This document shows, one piece after another, positions 47,801-59,878 of a DNA stretch of 64,000 nucleotides. The position numbers were made by a program, and so were the translations under genes. How positions within the stretch are numbered: the stretch's first letter is position 1; the number at the start of each line of letters is the position of its first letter. The stretch is from Tubulanus polymorphus (Eukaryota; Animalia; Nemertea), in NCBI RefSeq assembly GCF_964204645.1, contig NC_134030.1, positions 975,355 through 1,039,354 on the forward strand, in the 5' to 3' direction. Under the pieces are notes generated by a model. That model did not search any database and was not told the origin of the DNA. It worked only from the letters and a program-made list of their open reading frames with translations.

Positions 47801-50800
47801 ACCGCTGCGACTAGAGGGGGGTCTCTATATTGTAAAACACTTGATCTATTTATACGGGCAGCTTATATTAGTTCAATAGACTGTTTAAAAACACTTACAT
47901 GGTTGAATACTAAAAACTGTTTAATACTATGGTCTAATATACTGTATTCTATACCTAACATTGTTAGATTTGATGAATAAATGAAATATTATAGATCGGA
48001 GTCAGTATTTGGAGCAGTAAAGATGAACTATTAATATCCTAGAATCTAGTTCCACATCTACAAGTAAACAAGAGATCCACGGATCTTTATATCTCGGGCG
48101 CTATAAATAAGTCAAATGAAAAAAAAAAACTGGCGGATTTAGGTGGGGTCTGGACCATGGCCTTGTCCACTGAAGTTGCTGACCGACCTAACACCGATTC
48201 TCTCAGAAATTGTCTCAGATAGATTTCTAACTCCTGATAGCGCGTCCCCGCTTGAGGAATAACCTTCTTTTTCTATTAAGACCTGTGCCTTCCAATTTTC
48301 ACAGAACCGCCCCTTGTAATTTAGTTCATTTCAAATGTTTCATCTCCACAGTCAAATTTACACATTTTTGCGCCTGATACTGGAGTATTTGACGGGGGAA
48401 GCTCTATTGATGGATAATTGTGTCGAGAGATACATGAATAGGTTCTTATACCATAAACACCTGACCTCAACTTATCATGTTTCTAGCAGAACAGTAAAAA
48501 ATAAACAGTTTGAGTTACATCTCACTCAGTGAGAGCTGAAACTCTAGCAGGGATCAGTGAAATCATGTATGAAAGGAGTTTCACAGGGATGAAATCTAAA
48601 CCTGTTTATATAAATGAGATTAGATGAAGAAATTAACACTTCTTTATCCAGTTTGAATGGTTGACTCCGGTTAAAATCAGTTCCTTTATCAATATGTTAA
48701 CATAATCTCAGTAAAAATACAATCAGCTAAAAAAGAGGAACAAATCAAATCTAAACTGATAATGCGCACCTCCCTACGGAATTCAAAGGAAAAATGAAAA
48801 ATATCAAATACAGAATATCGACTGATACTTAAACATTCTAATTCATAAACATGTTCTCTTCCAGAAATGAGGTTATGTTTTCCCTTGTAAATGCTCTATT
48901 TTGTGAATGCAGCCCTCCCTGACTCTGCCTCTGAAATTAGCTCGAATTTTCAATGTTTTTTAACCATCATTCAAGTCAAATTCAAACTGAGAATCGCGCG
49001 GAATTGCCGACGAGAAAATATGAACATAACCTCAAATTGTTACGTACAGGTAGCAGATTATAAAGTGGTTCTTTTCAAAAAAAGATACCTAAAGATTTCG
49101 CTTAATGCTTAAATATTAGACGGATTCTAGAGAATAATATTCTTAATAAGTTCGTACATAAAACTCATTCTTTCGCGACTATCAAAGGTTATTTGTTCGT
49201 TTCATAGAAAACTGTTTATATTTCTCGAGAGTTTCATGAGAGTCTCACGAGGGATTAAAATACAGACCTTCTAATTTAACGCATGAATTAACATTTCACT
49301 ATCAGTAATAAATAATACTACTGCTCGTGAATAATTAAATTATTCCAACTGTCCAAAATATCTCAATAAATTCAAGTATGAGATATAATCGGGTGCCTTG
49401 AAAATCTTTAACGTCAATATTTGAATATTTACACTAGAAAATTAACCTCACTTATATAGATGGCCAATTTTGTCGAATTTTTTTTTTTGGGGTAAAAGAT
49501 AAACATGAACACAGAATATTTCTGATTCAGGATCGATTTTCACGTTTTCGTAATAACAATGATTTTTCAACGCGAAAATTAAAAAAATTTCACTCCAGTT
49601 TTAAAAATTACCCACTCATAACAACTGTGGAACTGAATCCCAGTATCCGCGATTAGCCTTCCACCCACAGCGCTCTCCAAAATCGAAATTCAACTATTAC
49701 TGTCATTATTTTACTTCTCTGAATTCAAAGACAGACAAGAATCGAGCAGTTTGTAAAACATTCACGAAAAATGTCTTTCTCATTAAATATTATAATGAAT
49801 TCCTGTGAATCGGCAATAAATGAATCAACACGGAATCTCAAACATGAATCGGGGGACAGTTTAATTATAGGTGTCAATATCTCGACACTGTGGTGCGTGC
49901 GTCAAACTGTTATATGAACAATCAATAGAAAAACACGTCTTATACTTTTAATATTTGATCTATGTTTCCAATTCAATCACATGATCTCCTCGCTGAGGCT
50001 ATCCAGATATCTAAAGGGAGCGTTTATACATGTGGAGGTACAATCTAGCTGATATCTTCCTAGTTTCCCAGCTCCACCTTATCAGACAAGAGTAGAACGC
50101 TCATTACTTCTATCCCAATTTCAATAGTTTTTATAATTGTACAGTATATAGAACCATTGGTTATAACGGAAAGATTTTCTGGTCTCCTGAAGTTCGCTGT
50201 AATGAGGTTCTGCTGTAGAGAAACTGCAAACTTTCCTCCTACCCCCCCCCCCCCTATAGACTGTTCTTAAATCCACACATCAAATACACCCCTGATTTTA
50301 TCACGCATATACCATAAAACTAACACCAGCAAACCTTTAATCTCTTTACAGTGATAATTCATGTGAGTTCCAGGAACTAATACAGTTATACAGCAGACCA
50401 AACCATTTTATTCCTCCCCTGAGAGAGAGATGCAGGGTGGAAATAGCACAGTACAGTACACACCTCTTCTGAATACAGTGTGACTAATCATTCTCCCTCT
50501 CACCTCTATCCATATATCACCAAATATTCAGTCTATATCAGCTTCGAGACAGAGACTCGTTCCACAGGTCCAGAGCGTGAAAATTCAGTAAATTTTCGTT
50601 TAAATTTCAGTACACAGAATTTCAATACAGTACCATCAAACTGAAAGAGTTCGGTTTGATTCAGAGATAACTGTTTGACTCAGATGTTTGTTGAAATATT
50701 TTCCTGACCCTACATTGAGGTATTAACTTGCATATTGCTCTTAAGTCAAGCAAACTTTCAGGATCCAAAACGATCAGACCTCGGAGGAGTATGTCAGATC

Positions 50801-51850
50801 AGTATATGTCCCTCTCACTCCCCCCCCCCCCCCCGGTGAACTCACATAAGCAGGAATCGAAGACCTTTGTTTAATGTATTAATTTAGTCATTGTCACCCA
50901 TTATTATTATCAATATATAAACACTTTATCCAAACCCATAAAACATGTAAAAGCTTTTCATAAAGTAAACATTAAAACAAATATAAGTCATATCTAATAA
51001 GCAATATTACATAGACATATATGGAAATATGACTTGTCGAAGGGGTCCTAGTTTTTAAAGTAACGTGTCAATAAAATGACAGGCAAAATATATAGGTTGA
51101 TTTCGATGAGAATGTACTGAGCTAATACAACAGGTTTGACTGCAAAAACAACTCATTGTCTACGGTTTATATTCACACAGCTGCTGAGTTTTTACGTTCG
51201 ATTTGATGTCAATAATATTGAATTACACCGACTCACAGTGTATTATATTGTATATAAACTACTGAGAAATCAAGAAATGAATTCATTCAATTCGAAGCTA
51301 CTTTTGTGATATATCTGAAATAAAACCACTGCGACAAATTAGGATGACTTAATTTTGATAAAATGATAGATTTACATTAAGAATGGCACACCCTCCACCA
51401 TCCGCCCGCCACACTCCACCCTCTGCCCGCCACACTCCACCATCCACCCTCTGCCCGCCACCATCCACCCTCTGCCTGCCACACTCCACCCTCTGCCCGC
51501 CACCATCCACCCTCCGCCCGCCACACTCCACCCTCTGCCTGCCACACTCCACCACCTTAAAATTATCAGTATTACATAAAATGGACAATCTTGACCACAT
51601 TTATACAGTTAGAAGCATCACCTGCATGAAAGACTATACAAATCTATACGTGACAACTTCGCTATTGTTGAAGATGACTTTGAAATGTCGAATAAACTTT
51701 TAGCTCGAGGACACATTCGCGATTTTTACTTCACTCGAATGTAGGATTCTTCCGAAGATAGGAACGGCCTCTAATAAATCTCTTCGGGCGATTGAGACAA
51801 ACATCTCAGTTTGTTAGAGTTGTCTGTAAAACATGATATCAGTAACACGA

Positions 51851-53385
51851 AGTACTGTGAGCCTACAGTATCAGCAGTGTAGACAGTCACAGCCTGAGCT
51901 GAGTACTGTGAGCCTACAGTATCAGCAGTGTAGTCAGTCACAGCCTGAGCTGAGTACTGTGAGCCTACAGTATCAGCAGTGTAGTCAGTCACAGCCTGAG
52001 CTGAGTACTGTGAGCCTACAGTATCAGCAGTGTAGTCAGTCACAGCCTGAGCTGAGTACTATGAGCCTACAGTATCAGCAGTGTAGACAGTCACAGCCTG
52101 AGCTGAGTACTGTGAGCCTACAGTATCAGCAGTGTAGACAGTCACAGCCTGAGCTGAGTACTGTGAGACTACAGTATCAGCAGTGTAGACAGTCACAGCC
52201 TGAGCTGAGTACTGTGAGCCTACAGTATCAGCAGTGTAGTCAGTCACAGCCTGAGCTGAGTACTGTGAGCCTACAGTATCAGCAGTGTAGTCAGTCACAG
52301 CCTGAGCTGAGTACTGTGAGCCTACAGTATCAGCTGTGTAGTCAGTCACAGCCTGAGCTGAGTACTGTGAGCCTACAGTATCAGCAGTGTAGACAGTCAC
52401 AGCCTGAGCTGAGTACTGTGAGCCTACAGTATCAGCAGTGTAGTCAGTCACAGCCTGAGCTGAGTACTGTGAGCCTACAGTATCAGCAGTGTAGTCAGTC
52501 ACAGCCTGAGCTGAGTACTGTGAGCCTACAGTATCAGCAGTGTAGACAGTCACAGCCTGAGCTGAGTACTGTGAGCCTACAGTATCAGCAGTGTAGACAG
52601 TCACAGCCTGAGCTGAGTACTGTGAGCCTACAGTATCAGCAGTGTAGACAGTCACAGCCTGAGCTGAGTACTGTGAGCCTACAGTATCAGCAGTGTAGAC
52701 AGTCACAGTCTGAGCTGAGTACTGTGAGCCTACAGTATCAGCAGTGTAGACAGTCACAGCCTGAGCTGAGTACTGTGAGACTACAGTATCAGCAGTGTAG
52801 ACAGTCACAGCCTGAGCTGAGTACTGTGAGCCTACAGTATCAGCAGTGTAGACAGTCACAGCCTGAGCTGAGTACTGTGAGCCTACAGTATCAGCAGTGT
52901 AGACAGTCACAGTCTGAGCTGAGTACTGTGAGCCTACAGTATCAGCAGTGTAGACAGTCACAGCCTGAGCTGAGTACTGTGAGCCTACAGTATCAGCAGT
53001 GTAGTCAGTCACAGCCTGAGCTGAGTACTGTGAGACTACAGTATCAGCAGTGTAGACAGTCACAGCCTGAGCTGAGTACTGTGAGCCTACAGTATCAGCA
53101 GTGTAGTCAGTCACAGCCTGAGCTGAGTACTGTGAGCCTACAGTATCAGCAGTGTAGACAGTCACAGCCTGAGCTGAGTACTGTGAGCCTACAGTATCAG
53201 CAGTGTAGACAGTCACAGCCTGAGCTGAGTACTGTGAGCCTACAGTATCAGCAGTGTAGACAGTCACAGCCTGAGCTGAGTACTGTGAGCCTACAGTATC
53301 AGCAGTGTAGTCAGTCACAGCCTGAGCTGAGTACTGTGAGCCTACAGTAACAGCAGTGTAGACAGTCACAGCCTGAGCTGAGTAC
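51851..53385. repeat. 51-bp minisatellite, about 30 copies, in the probable first intron of Vang
   Basis: AGTACTGTGAGCCTACAGTATCAGCAGTGTAG(A/T)CAGTCACAGCCTGAGCTG. Confidence 0.97.
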
Positions 53386-54071
53386 GTGTGACTTTATAAT
53401 CATTGACAACACAATGACAATTAGTCACCAGTCTCTCCCAGTCTCTCTCTCTCCCTTCCTTCATCAATCAAACTTATACATGACATCAAATACGCTTCAA
53501 CTCCTTCTCGTGTTGTGTATAAACGAATAAAAACAAACATCCATTAATCATCAACCTCAATATAATCTCTGATATAATTATCAAACTCCTCCTTCCAGCG
53601 GATGATGTAAAACATCATACATCCATAACGATAGTTATTTATGATCTATGTAAAACATCATTACAACTAAGGAATTTCATACGGAAATTATAATGAATCA
53701 GAGCTGAATTTATGAGAATTTGTTCATTCAAGGTAAACATTGACAGCTTAAAAACCTATGTACCCCCCCCCCCCCCTGCCCGCCAATTACCAGTCAGTCA
53801 GCCTGTCAGCTAGGCTGCAAGTCAACCAGTCAGTCAGCAAACCAGCCAGCTAGGCTGCAAGTCAACCAGTCAATTGGCCTGCGAGTCATCCAGACAATCA
53901 GCTAGCCACCGATACCTGCAGCATTCAGCTACAGTCTTATAAACCCGAGCACTAATCTCGACTCAACATCAACTTACAAATTTAAGCCAATTTACAATAA
54001 GGTCCATCATCACACTCCAGATTAGAATAATAGAACTTTGTTATAGGATGACCTCAGATAGGCCTATATCA

Positions 54072-54257
54072 TTCTTCTTCTTCTTTAGAGTAATGTGGAG
54101 GACCCGTAGTTGGGCATTGTCCCACAGCGTCTTTTTTTTTTAATCAGTGAGTCGACGAACACTGATATGTGTCCTGCCTGAATGCATGGTTTCACTAGGA
54201 TTCGAACCCTCAACCTCTCAGTTGTGAGTCAAACACCTTATCCACCATGCCACAGGA
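54072..54257 (-). mobile_element. tRNA-derived SINE
   Basis: Minus strand: TGGCATGGTGG A-box, GGTTCGAATCC B-box, tail ending in (GAA)n. Confidence 0.65.
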
Positions 54258-54943
54258 CAGGACTCATTTTTTACAACCCTAGAATTTTATCCCAAATAAG
54301 ACAATTGTGATTGTCAATTTTGATAATTTCATACTGAATATATTGTCAATTTTGATAATTTCATACTGAATATAACAACAAACTATCGATTATTGAGAAA
54401 AATATTATCTGGTACCTTGAAGTTCACGAGCTTATCAAAGGTACATTGAACTTTCGATATTAAGCAGGTTTGAGATGTAGAAGGTCGAGGTGGATAGAAT
54501 CAAATGAAGCAGGTTTCATCCAAGATAGAAACATGTGGTAAATATAAAACATCTGTCTACGCTAACTGATACTACCTGAGGAACTGGAGATAGGGAGGGA
54601 AGCACCACAGCAAACAGGCTTTGAATGAGAGCATCCTACAGCAACATCATCAGCGCATCTCTTAATACTCCAAGAGCTGGCGTACCCCGAGCAAAACCTA
54701 GATCAGCTCAGAATTACCCAACCCCACTGCTTACACAAATATAACCTTCTCTTCATTATCAAATATTTCCATCCCAAATCAAATCTACCGAAATATAAGG
54801 ATGCTCAATAAATTCTCTTTTGATTTTGTCATTGGATTGAATTTGGTTTAAGAAACTCGTCCTAAATTTGACGTTTTATAGCGATGTAGATAGAACGAAT
54901 AGGAGATATTTTAAGCAATAAACAAGAATAGATTAAAACTTAC

Positions 54944-55075
54944 CGGGTCTCAATAATCCTATACTATTAACAGGTACGTTCTTTTCGTTAAAAACGATCC
55001 TAAAACGAAGACCGCATCATCCACCATAATCCTGAACACTGAATTGATTGATTGATGGAATAGCTCCGCCCATCT
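54944..55075 (-). promoter_or_regulatory. Probable Vang non-coding first exon and promoter (about 10-kb first intron)
   Basis: Strong minus-strand donor G|GTAAGT at 54943 could pair with the acceptor ATTTTTAG at 44921-44920 upstream of the Vang ATG; GC box (CTCCGCCC) near 55064. Confidence 0.45.
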
Positions 55076-55830
55076 CCTCCCTCCGAATATACTTCAAACC
55101 TCGATCAAAACCGAGTTTTCAGCGAATTCTATAGAATTCAAATAATTACCCTGATTAGATACTAACTATTTATATTTTATTTCAGTATTTTGGGGTAAAT
55201 CTGATGGCGGTTTGTGATCCAAGAGAACGGATTCAGCTTGACTAAATCGGGCAGAACAGCCCATATACCGGGTTCGGCAGTGTTCGGAATTTACCTGAAC
55301 TCGGGGATTTCCGCCAGCCGAGTGTTCGGGTATCTCCGTAAACCGAGTTCGGAGGTGTTCGGGTAGGGTTAGGGTTAGATGGCAAGGATTCTAGTTTAGA
55401 CTGGTTGCCTGTTCCATTCAATTAGACTGGTTGCCGGTCTCTATCTTCAATTGAATGGGACAGGCAACCAGTCTAGTTTTCTAAACGATGTATTTATTAC
55501 TCGCGATCTCCACCGTCGCGTGCTGCCTTTACATAAACAATAAGCGGTAAATCTGTGAACTAATTTCTAACCTCACTTGCCACAGTAAGACACCGATCGG
55601 CAGCCGACGAAGTTAATCCCAGTCCAGTGACTAAATCGCAAATTTAGCACCAGAGGCTGAAAGTTGTTGGGAATGCGTGGCTGTAAATCATAAATAAAAT
55701 ATATATTAAACTAAAAGTATGTGTTTATGTTGATGGTTGAGTTTTTGTCAAGGTGTGGAATGCGCGTTTGTGCCGATCATACAGCAACTTATGATTGTTT
55801 GTACATCAGCCAGAACCCAGGTCCACTCAT

Positions 55831-55950
55831 TAGGATCCAGTTCCACAGATCAGGATCCAGCTCCTAGGATCCAGTTCCACAGATCAGGATCCAGCTCCTA
55901 GGATCCAGTTCCACAGATCAGGATCCAGCTCACAGAATCCAGTTGCATAT
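55831..55950. repeat. 34-bp tandem repeat with CCAGTTCCACAG core
   Basis: TAGGATCCAGTTCCACAGATCAGGATCCAGCTCC, about 3.3 copies. Confidence 0.85.
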
Positions 55951-57024
55951 AGTTTGATCCAAGGTTAGACTTAGTAATATGTTCATTTCCACAGTGTTAG
56001 TTTTGACTTTAATTTTGAGCATACAAAAACATCTCGATTCAACGGACGGCTAATTACGATTCAAGAGAGGCTTCTAGGTATAATGTGAACAAATGTTTTA
56101 AATGAAGTTAAATGATTTAATGTAGATAGTTTAAAGTCGGTGAGCCTCTGATTTTAATCTATACATGTTCACGGATTTGTCCCATTATAACCTATTTCTT
56201 ATAATCACAGGTCAGCGGTCGCCATTGTGTCCGGATTCAGGTTGAATTTTGATCGACTTTTTTCACAATGGAATCGGTGCGCATTCCTTTACCGGATATC
56301 GATCGTATGGTATTGTTATAGATAATCGCTTGGATGGACCGCAACTCTTCCGATCCATTTTACCTGACCAGCACCTTCCTTTCGACCACTGGACACCAGA
56401 CAGCGAACACCTCCTGTGAAAATTCTCCCGGAACCCGAACGTGTTTGGTAAGTGTTAACATTTGACATAACCATTAGAAATTTATTCGTAAGAAACTTTA
56501 TGAACTTGTTTCATTTCCGCTTATGTTTTCCGCACCCAGTTGAACAGTTTAAGAATGATTTTGACTCTTTAAAAGTTAAATTTTTTGACGATGAAATAAA
56601 TTACTCTTACTAAACAATTCATTTCAAATGTGGCTGACTCTTGACTGGTTAAACTCAATTAGATTGACTTTAAGCCCGGGTTAATATTGATACTGCTCTA
56701 TTAAACCAGCCCCTGTTCTCAATTTTTTAGTTTTATTGCCAACAATTCGTACTTAACCGTTTTTAGCTTAATGTTCTCACAAACTCGCTAGGCCATGGTG
56801 GCAAATTTTAATTTCATTGAAGTTTGTACTGTTTAATACATGTCATCAAAATCAAAATAATTTGAAGTGTTCAATGTGTTGTCCTCTTTTGTAGGATAGC
56901 GAAAACACACTGTTCGAAATAACTGAAGTCTGAACAAATCGTTGAGAAGCGCAATTCTTTTTGGTGAGTAAGTATATATCGCTTTCTTTCATCATTTTCA
57001 TTCTTTTACAACTCCCAGTCTTAA

Positions 57025-57165
57025 ATGTATCAATCAGTTTCCCTCAGGCCAGGTACCCATCTTGGGTGGAGCAGGGAGGTCACCTCCCTGAGTGTCGTGC
57101 GGAATTCGAACACGCGAGTTGGCTTCCCAGATTCGAACGCGACAACCACGGCTCGCCCGCCGCTG
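57025..57165 (-). mobile_element. Degenerate tRNA-derived SINE
   Basis: Minus strand: GTTCGAATTCC B-box-like motif followed by CCACCCAAGATGGGTACC, resembling conserved SINE central domains. Confidence 0.45.
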
Positions 57166-57679
57166 TTAAATCTTTCGTAATTTTTTAGGAGTCCTAAAAC
57201 CATTTTTAGTCTGAAAAAATTGTATTCAAAACTTCTGAAAAAAACTTTACTTATTGAGATAATACGCAAATTCATTTCTGAAATCCCTTTTGTCGAACCG
57301 GGTGATTTATCTCATCGCTATATCTGCGGCGAAAAAACCGATATGCGCGAGCAGTTCTGAACGGTGGGGAATCCCCGTAACGTTCTCCGCAGCAAAGCCA
57401 CGTGACACGACTAACTTGTACGTGCGTGCTCCGTATTAGTGAAGACCCTGTTACTGGGGTCATCATTCTAAAACAAGGTTATTCACGAGATGCTGGTGCA
57501 GAGATCGCCGCCAGTACTCTTAGACTAGTTGAGGTCACACTCGAGAGGAGCGAGATTTATAAAATAGATACCGCGCTCTTTGAATTGATGTCAGTATTCT
57601 TTAGATCTCTCAAACCGGCTGAGTAACTTTTGAATTTTATGTTTTCTAGCATTTGCTGGTGAGTCATCGATCCACACCG

Positions 57680-58010
57680 GGGACCTCACCCTAGGAGCAG
57701 CAAGTAGGAGCATCCACAGGGACCACACCTAGAAGCAGCAAGTAGGAGCATCCACAGGGACCACACCTAGAAGCAGCCACAGGGACCACACCTAGGAGCA
57801 GCCACAGGGACCGCACCTAGGAGCAGCAAGTAGGAGCATCCACAGGGACCACACCTAGGAGCAGCCACAGGGACCGCACCTAGGAGCAGCAAGTAGGAGC
57901 ATCCACAGGGACCACACCTAGGAGCAGCCACAGGGACCACACCTAGGAGCAGCCACAGGGACCACACCTAGGAGCAGCCACTGGGACCACACCTAGGAGC
58001 AGCCACAGGA
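57680..58010. repeat. 25/39-bp compound minisatellite
   Basis: CTAGGAGCAGCCACAGGGACCACAC with optional AAGTAGGAGCATC-type insertions. Confidence 0.9.
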
Positions 58011-59878
58011 GGGACTGACCTGAATTGGGAATCACTGAATGGAAAAGATAAGTAGAGATATATTTATTATTAAACTACAATATTTTTGGAGTACAGGTCT
58101 TGAGATGTTTTCAAACTTCCCATCATCTCTTCAGGTGTTTCTGTTGTAGTATGTGGTTATTTTTCTGTTCAGGTGTCGCCCCCATATTTTTCTGATTGCT
58201 AGCAAAAAACAGGGTTAAATTGCTGTATCAAGCATATTACGATGTTAGATTAATTTGTTCTTGTTGTTCAGGCATTTCTGCAGTTTTTGAATGTTTTGAT
58301 GTAAAGTCCATCACCGATTTACACACCGCATTCAGGTATTCTCTATCGTGATAAATTGTGAATCAAAAACTTACATATTTAGACTTAATTAGAAATTCAT
58401 TGGTTCAAAAGGTTTTCATTTATAAAAAAATGTTAAAATTGATTGAAAATAATTACATTGTTGTAATGGGAGTGATTTTTCGACCCTAATTAACATCGAA
58501 AAAGTTAAACAGAAAATTTAGTAAAAAATTATTAAATAAATAATAAAATAGATAAGTAAATCTAGTCCTGCTTTCACAAAAAAGTTTTGTTCAGACTTTT
58601 TGGGAAACTGGATATATATATATAACTTATATTTATTTTAATCATCAGGTATAATATAGCAATTGACTTGAAATGAATATCATACTAGTATTTATAAACA
58701 TACAAATCTTCATTAACAAACTAGGGCAAAACATCCCAAAAACGTTAGTTAAAGATATATCATAATTCATTTACTCATTTCAAAATGAGATTTACCATAT
58801 TTACATATATCATATCATATATCGTTATCTCAATTTTTATGGTTATTCAACTACCTCAATTCTGGGATTTATTAAATAGCAACAATTGTGCAAAATCTTA
58901 GTATTTTCACTGGTGTCACTTTCTTCTTTTTGCCGCTGCTTTTATTTAAAGAAAACACGTTGGCCTTCGTCAATTTGATAATAATAATTGTCTTATTTGG
59001 AAAGAAATTCTTGGATTCAGAAAATATAGCACTTGTATCTGAATTCTTGGAAATATTCATTGAATCATCAATCGAAGTGACAAAAATTAGACAAAAAATA
59101 CTTTTAGTGGATAAATGGTGGTTGTAAGCGGGATTGTTAGACGGAGAGGGGAGATAGAGGAACCGCTCGTCTTTTCTTCTGATGCTGTCCTGTCTTGCAT
59201 TCTGTGACACAGATTGTAGTTGGATAAACACAGCTGATATCTCATTATCATCGTAATTGAAATGTATGTTGTACCTCTGAATCTGCATTCTTTTTTGGCG
59301 GCCGAGGTCCACTTGTTCCCTCACTACAACTGCTGTCCGATCCTTTTCTCTTTCTCGAGGTTTTGGAATTAAAATTAAAAGTTCCGTCCATCAGCTCTTA
59401 GCCGTTGAGAAGTACTGCGTGAAAATGAGCAAAACTAGTAATCATAGCTTGACCTGGTTTCTCAATAATGATGTCACTGGGAAAGCCTTTTGGAATAGTT
59501 GAAAGGCTTGATGTTAATACTTGATCTGGATGGGTCCGCGCCCCTTCTATAGTGTCAAAAATATATAAATTGTGAAATTTTCCAATTTGGATGCTGTTCT
59601 TGGAAATGAAAGGATAATTTCACTCTGTTTTTATCATTTGGTTTTAACGGATAATTCTTGCTGGAAACTACCGTCTTGTGTCTGAACACTCGATATATCG
59701 ATTTCACTGGTGTGTGTGTCATTAGCATGTTTTGCTTGAAATGTGACTTTTGCTCAAACTATTGACAGCATATTACAGTTTGATTCCTTATTATCACCAG
59801 TAGTCATTGCACGCTTTAATCTAACATTGCTAAGGTAATTTTAGGTAATTGCCCTCCCATTCTCTATCTGGTGTGCAG

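Noticed and set aside
51833-53369. 505-aa (+) and 436-aa (-) repetitive ORFs
   Set aside because: Both are by-products of a 51-bp (multiple-of-3) minisatellite with near-identical units. There is no unique domain, signal peptide or splice context, and the array lies in the probable Vang first intron.
55361-55379. Telomeric TTAGGG repeat
   Set aside because: Fewer than three units; not a telomere or convincing interstitial telomeric array.
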